This document shows, in pieces, positions 39,566 to 50,460 of a stretch of DNA of 64,000 nucleotides (position 1 is the first letter of the stretch; every line of letters starts with the position of its first letter). The stretch covers positions 67,208,001-67,272,000 of the forward strand of contig JANJGN010000009.1 in the NCBI GenBank assembly GCA_026770705.1. Reading direction: 5' to 3'. The notes below the pieces were generated by a model. That model had not been told where the DNA came from and did not search any database. It saw nothing but the letters and a program-made list of their open reading frames with translations. Origin of the DNA: Isurus oxyrinchus (lineage: Eukaryota). A program made the position numbers and the translations under genes.

Positions 39566-41188
39566 TCCAGGACTGTCACTGACCTCATCTCCTCTGGGGA
39601 TCTCCCTCCCACAGCTTCCAACCTGATAGTCGCCCAACCTCGGACAGCCCGCTTCTATCTCCTACCCAAAATCCACAAACAGAACTGCCCCGGTAGACCG
39701 ATCGTCTCAGCTTGCTCCTGCCCCACAGAACTCATCTCTCGTTATCTTGACTCCCTTCTCTCTCCCCTTGTCCAGTCCCTTCCCACCTACATCCGTGATT
39801 CCTCTGACACCTTACGTCACATCAACAATTTCCAGTTCCCTGGCTCCAACCGCTTCCTCTTCACCATGGACGTCCAATCCCTCTACACTTCCATCCCCCA
39901 CCAGGATGGTCTGAGGGCCCTTAGCTTCTTCCTCGAACAGAGGCCCGAACAATCCCCATCCACCACTACTCTCCTCCGTCTGGCTGAACTTGTTCTCACG
40001 TTGAACAATTTCTCCTTCAACTCCTCTCACTTTCTCCAAATAAAAGCTGTGGCTATGGGTACCCGCATGGGCCCCAGCTATGCCTGTCTCTTTATGGGGT
40101 ATGTGGAACATTCCTTGTTGCAGTCCTACTCCGGCCCCCTTCCACAACTTTTTCTCCGGTACATCGATGATTACTTCGGTGCCGCTTCATGCTCTCGTCG
40201 GGACTTGGAAAAATTTATTAATTTTGCTTCCAATCTCCACCCCTCCATCATTTTCACGTGGTCCATCTCTGACACTTCCCTTCCTTTCCTTGACCTCTCT
40301 GTCTCAATCTCTGGTGATAGACTGTCCACCAATATCCATTACAAACCCACCGACTCCCACAGCTACCTCGACTACAGCTCCTCACACCCCGCTTCCTGTA
40401 AGGACTCCATCCCATTCTCCCAGTTCCTTCGCCTTCGTCGCATCTGTTCCGATGATGCTACCTTCAAAAACGGTTCCTCTGACATGTCCTCCTTCTTCCT
40501 TAACCGAGGTTTTCCACCCACAGTCGTTGACAGGGCCCTCAACCGTGTCCGGCCCATCTCCCGCGCATCCGCCCTCACGCCTCCTCCTCCCTCCCAGAAA
40601 CATGATAGGGTCCCCCTTGTCCTGACTTATCACCCCACCAGCCTCCGCATTCAAAGGATCATCCTCCGCCATTACCGCCAACTCCAGCATGATGCCACCA
40701 CCAAACACATCTTCCCTTCACCCCCCTTATCGGCATTCCGTAGGGATCGCTCCCTCCGGGACACCCTGGTCCACTCCTCCATCACCCCCTACTCCTCAAC
40801 CCCCTCCTATGGCACCACCCCATGCCCATGCAAAAGATGTAACACCTGCCCCTTCACTTCCTCTCTCCTCACCGTCCAAGGGCCCAAACATTCCTTTCAA
40901 GTGAAGCAGCATTTCACTTGCATTTCCCCCAACTTAGTCTACTGCATTCGTTGCTCCCAATGTGGCCTCCTCTACACTGGAGAGACCAAACGTAAACTGG
41001 GCGACCGCTTTGCAGAACACCTGCGGTCTGTCCGCAAGAATGATCCAAACCTCCCTGTCGCTTGCCATTTTAACACTCCACCCTGCTCTCTTGCCCACAT
41101 GTCTGTCCTTGGCTTGCTGCATTGTTCCAGTGAAGCCCAACGCAAACTGGAGGAACAACACCTCATCTTCCGACTAGGCACCTTATAG
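39566..41188 (+). CDS. Penelope RT + Cys linker + GIY-YIG endonuclease (5'-truncated, open frame)
   Basis: Frame open from the insertion edge: FYLLPKIHK, GRPIVS, MDVQSLYTSIP, FLRYIDDYF, CPCKRCNTCP, VYCIRCSQCGLLYTGET..RFAEH..VACHF; TAG at 41186 where the copy at 59461 has CAG. Confidence 0.9.
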   Translation, partial: SRTVTDLISSGDLPPTASNLIVAQPRTARFYLLPKIHKQNCPGRPIVSACSCPTELISRYLDSLLSPLVQSLPTYIRDSSDTLRHINNFQFPGSNRFLFTMDVQSLYTSIPHQDGLRALSFFLEQRPEQSPSTTTLLRLAELVLTLNNFSFNSSHFLQIKAVAMGTRMGPSYACLFMGYVEHSLLQSYSGPLPQLFLRYIDDYFGAASCSRRDLEKFINFASNLHPSIIFTWSISDTSLPFLDLSVSISGDRLSTNIHYKPTDSHSYLDYSSSHPASCKDSIPFSQFLRLRRICSDDATFKNGSSDMSSFFLNRGFPPTVVDRALNRVRPISRASALTPPPPSQKHDRVPLVLTYHPTSLRIQRIILRHYRQLQHDATTKHIFPSPPLSAFRRDRSLRDTLVHSSITPYSSTPSYGTTPCPCKRCNTCPFTSSLLTVQGPKHSFQVKQHFTCISPNLVYCIRCSQCGLLYTGETKRKLGDRFAEHLRSVRKNDPNLPVACHFNTPPCSLAHMSVLGLLHCSSEAQRKLEEQHLIFRLGTL

Positions 41189-41616
41189 CCTTCCGGTCTG
41201 AATATTGAGTTCAACAACTTTAGGTCGTGAGCTCCCTCCCCCATCCCCACCCCCTTTCTGTTTCCCCCTTTTTCCCTTTTTTTTCCCTATAAATTATATA
41301 GATTTTTCTTTTCCCACCTATTTCCATTATTTTTAAATATTTTAAAATCTTTTATGCTCCCCCCATCCCCACTAGAGCTGTACCTTGAGTGCCCTACCAT
41401 CCATTCTTAATTAGCACATTCGTTTAGATAATATCACCAACTTTAACTTTAACACCTATGTGTTCTTTTGTACCATTGTCGCTGACATCTTTTGATGATC
41501 TGCTTCTATCACTGCTTGTTTGTCTACACAACCACCTCTCTCTCTCCCTATCTCTCCGCCCCACACACACACCTTAAACTAGCTTATATTTCAACTCTTT
41601 CTTGGACTCGAAATCA

Positions 41617-41655
41617 AGTTCTGTTGAAGGGTCATGAGGACTCAAAACGTCAACT
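41617..41655 (+). ncRNA. Hammerhead motif copy (GAAA mutated to AAAA)
   Basis: AGTT-CTGTTGA-A-GGGTC-atgag-GACTC-AAAA-CGTC-AACT. Confidence 0.45.
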
Positions 41656-43548
41656 CTTTTCTTCTCCGCCGATGCTGCCAGACCTGCTGAGTTTTTCCAG
41701 GTAATTCTGTTTTTGTTTTGGATTTCCAGCATCCGCAGTTTTGTTTTGTTTTTAACAAATTAATACTTAATGCATGATCGAATTAATATTAATGAAGGGA
41801 TTGTGGAAGACATAAGGAACATAGCGATTAACATCAATGAAGTAACCAGTACAACAAATTACCCATACTCAATAGAGCTTCCAGACACTGCAACAATAAT
41901 AGAATCAAATTGAGTATAATAAAATAGCTTTTTATAGGATGAAGTGGGTGAATGCCACACTGAAAAAAAGTTACATTAAATCTTTGAATGAAACTCTTGC
42001 ACATTTAGTTTGGAAATAATTTTCTTCCTTTCGTTATTTTAACTGAAGTTAATTATTATAAAATATTTTCATCAATTTTAAGTATATAGCAAACAGGTTA
42101 ATCCTAAAAATATAATCCATTGCGACCAATCTGAAGTGCTTTAGGCTATGTTAGATCAACTGTTGCTTTCTTCACTGGTTATCACGAGACATACCCAGAA
42201 GAAATATTGGCTTGTAATGGTTGTTCCTGCAAGTCAGAGGAATATTTGTGTTGGAATCTATGATGCTTAAGAGGTCCCTTCAGATTTATTATTCCTTAAA
42301 AGCCTCTCTTGATGTATTTCAGTTTATATGTCTTTCTGTCTAATTTGGCCAGATAGAAACCGGTTGAAGGCGTCTTTGTAATTAAGAGAAACAATGGTGG
42401 CTTGACTATAATAATTAGGTAAACTTTCCTCTTCTCTGCCTGGGCAGTAATTTGATGGGGTGGATTTCTGGACATTCCTAAAACCCATCTGATTTTCATT
42501 CCATTACAGTCCGTGCAGTGGAGATGAAAATCTACGCCAAAATGTTTAAATAGCAGAGGTAATCAAATTAAATTTGTTGGTTCAGGCTTTATTGGTTCAC
42601 AAATATTGTCCATATTTGAATACCGACAATGGCAATACATCTGCTATAGTAACGAGAGATTCAGTTTTCATTGGGCTTTGTTCTAATATATCTCCAAAGG
42701 ATTGTGAATAACATATCTGTAGCTGACTTTATCTTCATCAGTTGGTCTTAGAATTCAAAGCCAACAGAGTAGCTGATCAAGTTGGATCTGGTTGTCTGGT
42801 GAAGTTTTCCTATGCATAGAGTGAGTGACAGTTTTTCGAAGATCAGCGTTATATTGCAAAATAACACACGAGTAGCATTTTTGATATTTGCAGATTAGGA
42901 AAGATTGTAGCTATTTATATTGTTTGTACAGAATATTGTTCGCTTCTCTATTTAAATGTGAAATAAATGTTGTTTTCTAACATGAGCCTCAGGTTGTTAG
43001 GCTACATTTATCTGCCTATTAAAGACAATAAGATCATATGGTGATATATTCCAGGAAGGCATAATGCAGTGACAAGAATTCCTGTTACATTGGCTTAAAT
43101 ATTAGGCAGTTAACGACATATTTTGATTCATTGAAAGTGGCCATTGCTACTGAGCACAAATAATATATCTAGTTTGAAACCTCCAAAAAAGTAACAAGGG
43201 GCTTACTCCATGTAGCTAAGTAAATATTTTATCTTAATAAAGGACTACGGTACACATAACCATTCAGAAAAAATATTAGTATGTTGTCTATATAGTTATT
43301 TCAAGGGCAATCCTTACTGTAAAGAATTTCCACTTCCTAGCACAATTATTTTCAATATGCAACGAGAGATAGCCCTTAAACTCCAAAAGAACTACAACAA
43401 TATCCTACTACCCAATATATCAATTACCATTATCGATGCCAATCTAAATACATAAGGATATGAAATATGCCCAGTAATTTCCTTACCTAACAAAAATTTA
43501 TCTTAGTGTTGAATTTTTCAACTGATCTAACTTGCTCCCTTTGGTTAG

Positions 43549-43592
43549 CATCCCTGTGTTCTAACTTCATTAAGTTGACTTCTTATACTAAG
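43549..43592 (+). CDS. Putative 44-nt exon (SLCSNFIKLTSYTK)
   Basis: ctaac branch point, ttgctccctttggttag| acceptor, consensus aag|gtaagc donor, open in phase 1 to 0. Confidence 0.35.
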
Positions 43593-43670
43593 GTAAGCAC
43601 TATCCTACTCCCGACTTGCTTTTTTATATTCACAGTAAACTTGGATTTATCCCTGACTTGATCGCGATAG

Positions 43671-43929
43671 AGGAATGAAGAGTGTGGCAAGTTTGTGGTT
43701 ATCTACAATTCAGCTGTTACCGATGATCTACGGTGCCCCATCAATGCCCAATTTTTGGCTGCTGATACCTCACTAGTATTTTTTACAGAGCATGGCGGTA
43801 CTGTCACTCTCTACAATGGAGGCTATTTCACTGTGAAGAAAAGGTGTCAACTTCACAAGAACATTGTAGAGCTGATTCCTGCCAATGCCATCATGAACAA
43901 ATATGTTTGCAGCAGGGATATTGGTCAAA
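43671..43929 (+). CDS. Putative coding exon of an unrecognised protein (RNEECGKFVVIYNS..KYVCSRDIGQ)
   Basis: Longest non-TE open frame in the window, in phase with the upstream exon across a 78-nt GT-AG intron; donor gtgagg at 43930; acceptor is weak. Confidence 0.35.
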
Positions 43930-44554
43930 GTGAGGTTAATAGAATAAATCGAATAAATGGAGTCTTGTTTAAGTCCATAATCTATTCAATGGTTTGTATT
44001 CTGGAGCAGTGTTCTTGTTTGCCAGCTATGTCTATGATGAAGATGTGGTTTAGGCCCACAGTGCAATGGCAGAATTTATGATTCTTATCATCCCTTTGGA
44101 CAAATATGTCACCAGAAGTTTCCATATATGGGTTTATATGGGGTTACCTGAGCTTAGTTCATGATTTAATCCATATACAGCTGAGAAACTGAACTAGGTT
44201 TATTGCATGGAAAGGTTTGTATATTGAGGTAGGAAGAATCTTTATTGTTTTGATGTAAATAGTGATGGATGGCAAGATTTGTATATTGACTGTACAGTTT
44301 GACAAAGTTAACTGTTAACTTATCTGTTCATTTTGAAGCACATTTTATGTTGGCTTTATTGCCTAGAGACCTACCAAAGTGGAAAGTCTCACATAAAATT
44401 CAGTAACACAGCAGCCACCAAAACACAGTGCAAAACTGAAAGACATAAAAATCAGTTTGGACGAAGTGACAACTACATGAGTCTGGCTGAAGTCCAATGG
44501 ATGCAGGTAGCACAGAAGATGTTTGTGGTGAGCCCTCTGACTGCCTGTGACCAT

Positions 44555-45215
44555 GGGCAGGATTTTACATGTTGGCAAGTGGGGGCGGGGTCCGCTCGCC
44601 GATGCGTAAAATGACATGTGACATCAGGGGGAACTCCCAACGTCACCACGCTCCATTTAAATTTTCAGGAGGTGGGGTGCAGCAAAATCAGCTGCGCACC
44701 CGCCAACCTGTCAATGGCCAATTGAAGGCATTGACAGGGTCCAAAAGTAACTAAAGGACCTGCCCGTCCAACCTTAAGGTTGGCGGGCAGGCCAAAAGCC
44801 CCGGTGGGAACTAGAAAAAACATGAAACCTCATCCACAGGTGGGATGAGGTTTCATGTAGGCTTTAAAAAATTTTAATAAAGATTTTGTAAAAATTATGG
44901 ACGTGTCCCAACTCATGTGACATTGTCACATGAGGGGACATGTTAGGGAAATTTTATTTTTATCTTTTTATCTTTTTTACATTTACAGCTGATCTCTCTG
45001 AGGCTGCACTTAGCCTCAGGGAGATAAGTGCGCTCTTTAATGCGCACGGGCGAAATAATGCACTCTCGATTTTGGGTTCTCCCCCCACCCCTCCCTCCCC
45101 ACCTTCCCCGGGCCCGCACAGGGAGCGCACAGCATTTCCGTGCGGACATCATGCTGGCTGGGCCTTTACGCACCCGCCCTTCAACTTCCTCCACAATGGG
45201 GGGAAAATTCAGCCC
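44555..45215 (+). mobile_element. Complete Harbinger-type MITE
   Basis: TIRs gggcaggatttt / aaaattcagccc, perfect TSD CAT. Confidence 0.92.
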
Positions 45216-45514
45216 CATGTGTAACTTTCAAGAGCATGGCACTCTATATTTATGTTAATAATTCACATACACATTATAAAATAACCATTAAATCTGGACT
45301 ATGCAATGGTGTCATGTATTGAGGTTATGGTGCCAAAGAATGATGATACCTGGGCTTATTCTTCTGGGCTCCACATAGCCTGGTCATTACTCTAAACTTG
45401 AAGGAACTGTTGTATGTAGTCCATTTTGTTTCTTTTGATAGAACATCGGTGGATGGTTCACGTCAGGGACTGTTGTAAAAATGTTCTGAGTAATGTCAAT
45501 TGAATTGAATTGAA

Positions 45515-45950
45515 GTGTCAGCTTTGCCTTAGGCGCTAGCACTCTTGTCTCTAAGTCAAAAGGTTCTGGGTTTAAGTCTCACTTCAAAACACCTGCACAA
45601 AAATCAAGGCTGACACTCCAGTTCAGTACTAAGGGGGTGCTGCACTGTTTGAAGTGCCACCTGTTAGATGATATGTTAAACAGAGGCACAGTCTTCCCTC
45701 TCAGGTAGATGTAAAAGATCCCATAGATCCCATTTCAAAGAAGAGCAGTGAATTAATCTCCGGTGTCCTGGTCAATATTTATCCCTTAATCAACATTACC
45801 AAAACAGATTATCCAGTCCTTATCAAATTACTATTTGTGGGAGCTTACTGTGTGCAGATTGGCTTCCACATTTCTTTAATTGTAACTGTGGCTATACAAA
45901 AGTATTTAGTTGGTTATAAGTACTTTGAGATGTCTGGTGGTTGTGAATGT
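45515..45950 (+). mobile_element. tRNA-derived Deu-domain SINE (SacSINE1/AmnSINE1-like)
   Basis: tRNA-like head then gtgctgcactg..gttaaacagagg..gtaaaagatccca..gtgtcctggtcaatatttatccc..cagattatc, recognised from recall of the Deu core. Confidence 0.75.
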
Positions 45951-46949
45951 CTTTTATTCTTTTACTGGCGGGTAGAAGGGAACATAACTAATATTTATCT
46001 TAGGAAAGATGGATATCTTGGTGAGATGTGGCATTTGTGGCATATATATTCAGTGCAAAATAGGCCCTTGTTGACCCTGAATGCATCAATCAGATTATTA
46101 ACATCATTTAGATACACATTGATGTATACCTCATCAAACAGCAATATTTTACAACCCTGAAGTAGAGGATGAATAATTTTTTCAGACTTCAACATGCCTT
46201 GGCATTCTGCACTAATACTTTGGGAAGTTGCCAACAGAGGGTTTTTATAATGGTGATGTCTATTGAAGTGTCTTAAAGCAGCCACTGTATAATTTTATCA
46301 AAGTCAGCAAGCAATCTTGTCATATTCTTGACAAACTCCCCTCTTAACATAATGAAGGTATTAAAAACTTTGTAACAAATAGTCCAAGAAGTTAGCTGTT
46401 AACATCTTAAAATGTAGATAATACAGAAATACAGATAGATAATACAGAATTTTCAAATATACTGTTGCTTCCAACGAGCTATGTTATCGAAATCAAATGA
46501 AGGTGTCATTCTCCCTCTGTTTCAACAAAAAAGCCTTGCATGTGTATGTTCAACTAAAGTACTGTGCAAGTCATGCATTAAAGGCATATGCATCAAAATT
46601 AGATTGTGTAGCGTCTGTATTTTCAACGCTGTATGCATCATATCAGGTTCAAATTGGCATGCACGCTTTGTCATATGGGCACACTTCAGTGTGAGCTGTG
46701 CTGGATGTCACTTTGGGCAGGCCACTAGCATGGGCACTGGGAACATGATGAGAAGTAGGCTGATTGTAGTGTCAGTAGCATGTAACTCTGATTTCACTCC
46801 TGCACTGCTATTTTTAAACTCCGTGTTCCAGCTAATGCCCTAACCTCACACAGCTGAACATGCATTCAGAAACAGGTAGGACACTGATTTCTACTCTGCT
46901 CCCCCCTTCTACCAGTGCTATTTAAAAGGATCACCTACTTTCAAGTTAG

Positions 46950-47160
46950 TTGCCTTTGTTACCTCTACCTCTATACACAACTATTCCAACATTCTGCTGA
47001 CCACCCTCCCACATTTTTCCCTCCATAACCTTAATTTCATCCAATACTTTGCTGCTCATGTCTTTAATCACACCAATTCCCATTCGCCCATCACCCCTGT
47101 GCTTCCTGACATACCCTGGTTCCCAGTTAAGCAACTCCTCATTTTAAAATTCAAAGTGCT
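46950..47160 (+). mobile_element. L2 RT C-terminal fragment
   Basis: Encodes PITPVLPDIPWFPVKQLLILK, similar to the L2 motif HITPVL..LHWLPV..RI.FK. Confidence 0.7.
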
Positions 47161-47518
47161 TATCAGTGTCAGTATCTGAGCTGTGTCTGTGAGTATAAGG
47201 ATGAGTGAGGTTGTTACTTCATCATCAGTTGCTTGTTGTCTTCCACTTCTTGCTCCTACATGACTGCCTGACCAAGTTGTAGTTCTTGGGGATTTGAAAG
47301 CAGCAAGGCAAAAGAGTACATTTACCGTGAGGGGAGCATTGGAGAACAAGAGGTGTATCCTTAAACCAGCTTGTAAATCAGAAGAGATTGTGCGGTAATG
47401 AGAAAGTGGATGTGAGAAAGAGGCTTACATATGAGCATACTGTCGCCTTTTATGGTTTCAGACCCATCTCCAGTTATGGCCTCAGTCAGAGCTGCTCCAT
47501 TGATATCCTTCACTAATC

Positions 47519-48547
47519 CGTTATCATTGTTGTGGGTTTTGGATGAGGTTGTCCATGGGGAGGATTTTTGGCTACTGCTGGAGGCAAGGCTATTGATAAA
47601 CTTTACCTTTTATTAAACATTCTACTAACTACGTACAGTATAAGGCTAGAACAAGGCTTCACATAGAACTATCTCTCAGCATACTCTGTTGTCATGTGAT
47701 TGTACATCACTGATGTAGACTGTCTATTTACATGTTTAACATTAACCCTTTGCACTATATCTTCCCCAAGTCACTGACCCTATTAAATACATTATTTACA
47801 TCATCCTACATCTCCCCCAAGTCACTGACCCTGTTAAATACATTACTTGTATCATCCTATATCTCCCTCCGAAGTCTCTGCTTTCTTCCCTGGTTCACAG
47901 AGATAAGCATTGTAGTGGTTTCACCAATCTCCCCAACCTGTTCTCAGCTCTCTCTTAGGATGCATAGGATTCAAGTTTGAGGTGCTGGAAAAGCTCAGCA
48001 GGTCCAGCATGGAGAAGGGTACTGTCCTGTTCCTTGCCGGTCTTCTCTGCTAGCCCCAAAGTACCTAGTAAACCTACAACACCAGTTTTGCTGCTTCTTG
48101 GCTTGATCCTGGCCTTCCAAATGGCTGAAGCATTCAAGTAAAGGTAAGATTTTCTCCATGGTCTTCCTTCACTGTAGCCTTTCTTCAAGTTCTGTTGGTT
48201 GATTTTCCACACTGTCCTTGTCCCACAATTGTTTGTGTTGCTGCTTCTTCCAGTCACTGGGCTCTTTTACTTGGCACTTTTTCCATCGTGTTTTCCACTG
48301 TCACCATTTGTTATTATCAATATGGGTCTTAGATGAAGTTGTCCATGGGGAGAATTTATGAATTTTGCTAGAGGCAAGGCTGTGGTAAGCTTCACATTTA
48401 TTGAACATTCTACTAACTATGTACCGTACAAGGCTAGCACAAGGCTTCATGTAGAAATATCTCTGAACATACTCTGTCTTGTGATCTTACAGAATTGAAA
48501 ATGTAGACGGTCTATTTACATATTTAACATTAACCGTTTACACTACA
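47519..48547 (-). mobile_element. Miniature non-autonomous LTR element (TRIM-like, Gypsy-derived)
   Basis: Direct repeats at 47519-47759 and 48309-48547; minus-strand PBS-like tggtgacagtgg; PPT ggggaaga; flanking actaat duplication; pol tail RLGRLVKPLQCLSL*. Confidence 0.8.
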
Positions 48548-48549
48548 AC

Positions 48550-50460
48550 TAATTCCTCCAAGAGGTTGAGGACATACAGCCATGCCTATTCTTCTACCCC
48601 ATCCCACCCCAACACTTCCCTCCCAGTTAGCTGCAGTTGCCTACAGTTGTGTGCCAATCTGTCCTGCAGAAGAGAAGGAAGTGTGTCAGTGAGTATGGTG
48701 CAATCTGTTTGGGTGATGTGTCTTTCATGGTTGAATAGCATTTTAGGAATATTTCTAAACACTAGCATTTGTTGAGAATTTAATAGGTGTTTCAATAAAA
48801 TGATACATGTGTATGTATTAGTTGCAGTTTTCTCTTTGGTTTTGTATGGATCATAGATAGATAAACATGATAACATCTATACTGCAAATTTTAGCTAGTT
48901 TTATGCATACTATACACTGTGCACTGGTAGTGAAAGCAATATTTCCAGTTGTTGCCCCTTGAAATTAATTATAATCTGTTATTTTTATTCTATATTTGTG
49001 AATTTGAATTATTCATAAACAAGCTCCACTCTGAGCATTTTGCTCTTCTTGGCCTAGTGAGGTCCTTATTTTGGAGCAGAGTAATTGCAACCTACAGCTT
49101 TCACAGCTGCTAAGTCTGCCTCAATCTCTTCCCTCTTTTCACTGTCAGGCGACATTGATTTTTGACTCTAAAGTTCAATATTGAAGATGCTTCTTTTTAA
49201 AGATATATTACCTTCATGTCAAAAGCTTACTTTTGTTGTATGACAATATGTGCAAACTGTAAGATGTGGGCATGAGGTTTGCAACAATGCTAAATGTGTG
49301 AGGGTGGGATGAAATTAGGAATGTAAGATATGAGTCGTGATTGATAGAGTTTGTTGGTAGATGAGTGATGGAGGTGTGGTGCATTGAGAAGTGTTTGATG
49401 TTAATGGTGCATTAAGTGGATGATGAAGAGGCATGCACTGACATTAACCACTGGTGAGAAGTCATTAAGTATTTTTAACAATAATTCTTCCAGATCCCCA
49501 GGAGACAGTGGTGGCATTGACCATGATGGCTATCTGCTCCCACTGCCTTTGCAGTGTCTGGGCTGCAATTTCTTAACCCCGTTTGGTTTAGGGGAAGAGG
49601 GTGCAGGGAAAATGAATGCCTTCCAGATATATTCCCACGTATGGGGAGGTTTCCCAGGGGCAGTTGGGGAACCAGATCAATTGAGATGTTTAAAGTCCCA
49701 AATAGGGTAAACTTTGCAACCTCACCAGCATTTCTCCACCGTCAGTGCAGCCCACCCCACCATCCCCCACCCCGGCCACATGTGATGGCCACCATCTCAA
49801 TTGAGGCAGCCTTCCTCCAACAGATTGGAGGACCATTGGAGCCTGAGGCTCCTTGCTCCAAAGAGCGGGCCACCGACAGGGAAGGCTACATACACAGCCC
49901 AAGCTAATCCTCTGGAGGGGTTATCCTGCTGTTTTGAAGGTAGTTCCATTGTGAGGCACCCTCACAGTTTGCAACCTGCCTCAGCAGCACTCAGCTCTGC
50001 CAATAGGGCTCTCAAAGTTCCAGAGCTGCCAGCCTGTTGATTGGGCCAGCAGCATTGAGAAGCCACCCTCCATCCTTTATAGGACTGCGAACGTGTGTGA
50101 GACCAATTAAGATTGCACTGGTAAGTGCCAGCTTGGGAGCCCCCCAATTGGTCCTGACATCTGTTTCCCAAAACCTGCTATAACATCCAACCATCTGTCA
50201 GGAGGGCCTCCTGGAATCCTGTGGATAGCAGATCTTTCCACTCCTGTCCACCTCCTGCATGAAGGCTGCCAGTGCAGCACCAGAACACCTTGTAGCACGC
50301 TCTCTTCCATTTGAGCCATTATTCTGGGGTCTTTCTGCTTTGACACACTTCCCCAGCAAATTCCAGCACTTGTTGCAGCCATAATACACCTCCCTTTTAA
50401 GAGGTGCAAGCTGGCTTTAAGGAGTACTAATCTCGCATGAACATGGGCCCACTATTGAGC
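48550..50460 (-). mobile_element. Degenerate Harbinger Myb-side remnant, interrupted by a 506-bp duplicated segment and a MITE-like insert (~49560-50190)
   Basis: Minus strand GRERATRCSGAALAAFMQEVDRSGKICYP resembles the N-terminus of the Myb-like gene at about 19350. Confidence 0.55.
48737..49242 (-). repeat. Inverted duplicate of 60986-61487
   Basis: Reverse complement alignment by eye shows about 4 substitutions and one 4-bp indel over ~500 bp. Confidence 0.96.

Larger units (their letters stand above)
39566..41754 (+). mobile_element. Young 5'-truncated Penelope-like element
   Basis: 14-bp TSD acaaattaatactt at 39552-39565 and 41755-41768; RT, GIY-YIG and pseudo-LTR. Confidence 0.96.

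Noticed and set aside
43675-43776. Short ORF MKSVASLWLSTIQLLPMIYGAPS.. resembling a signal peptide
   Set aside because: Stops after 33 codons with no donor site and overlaps the longer open frame
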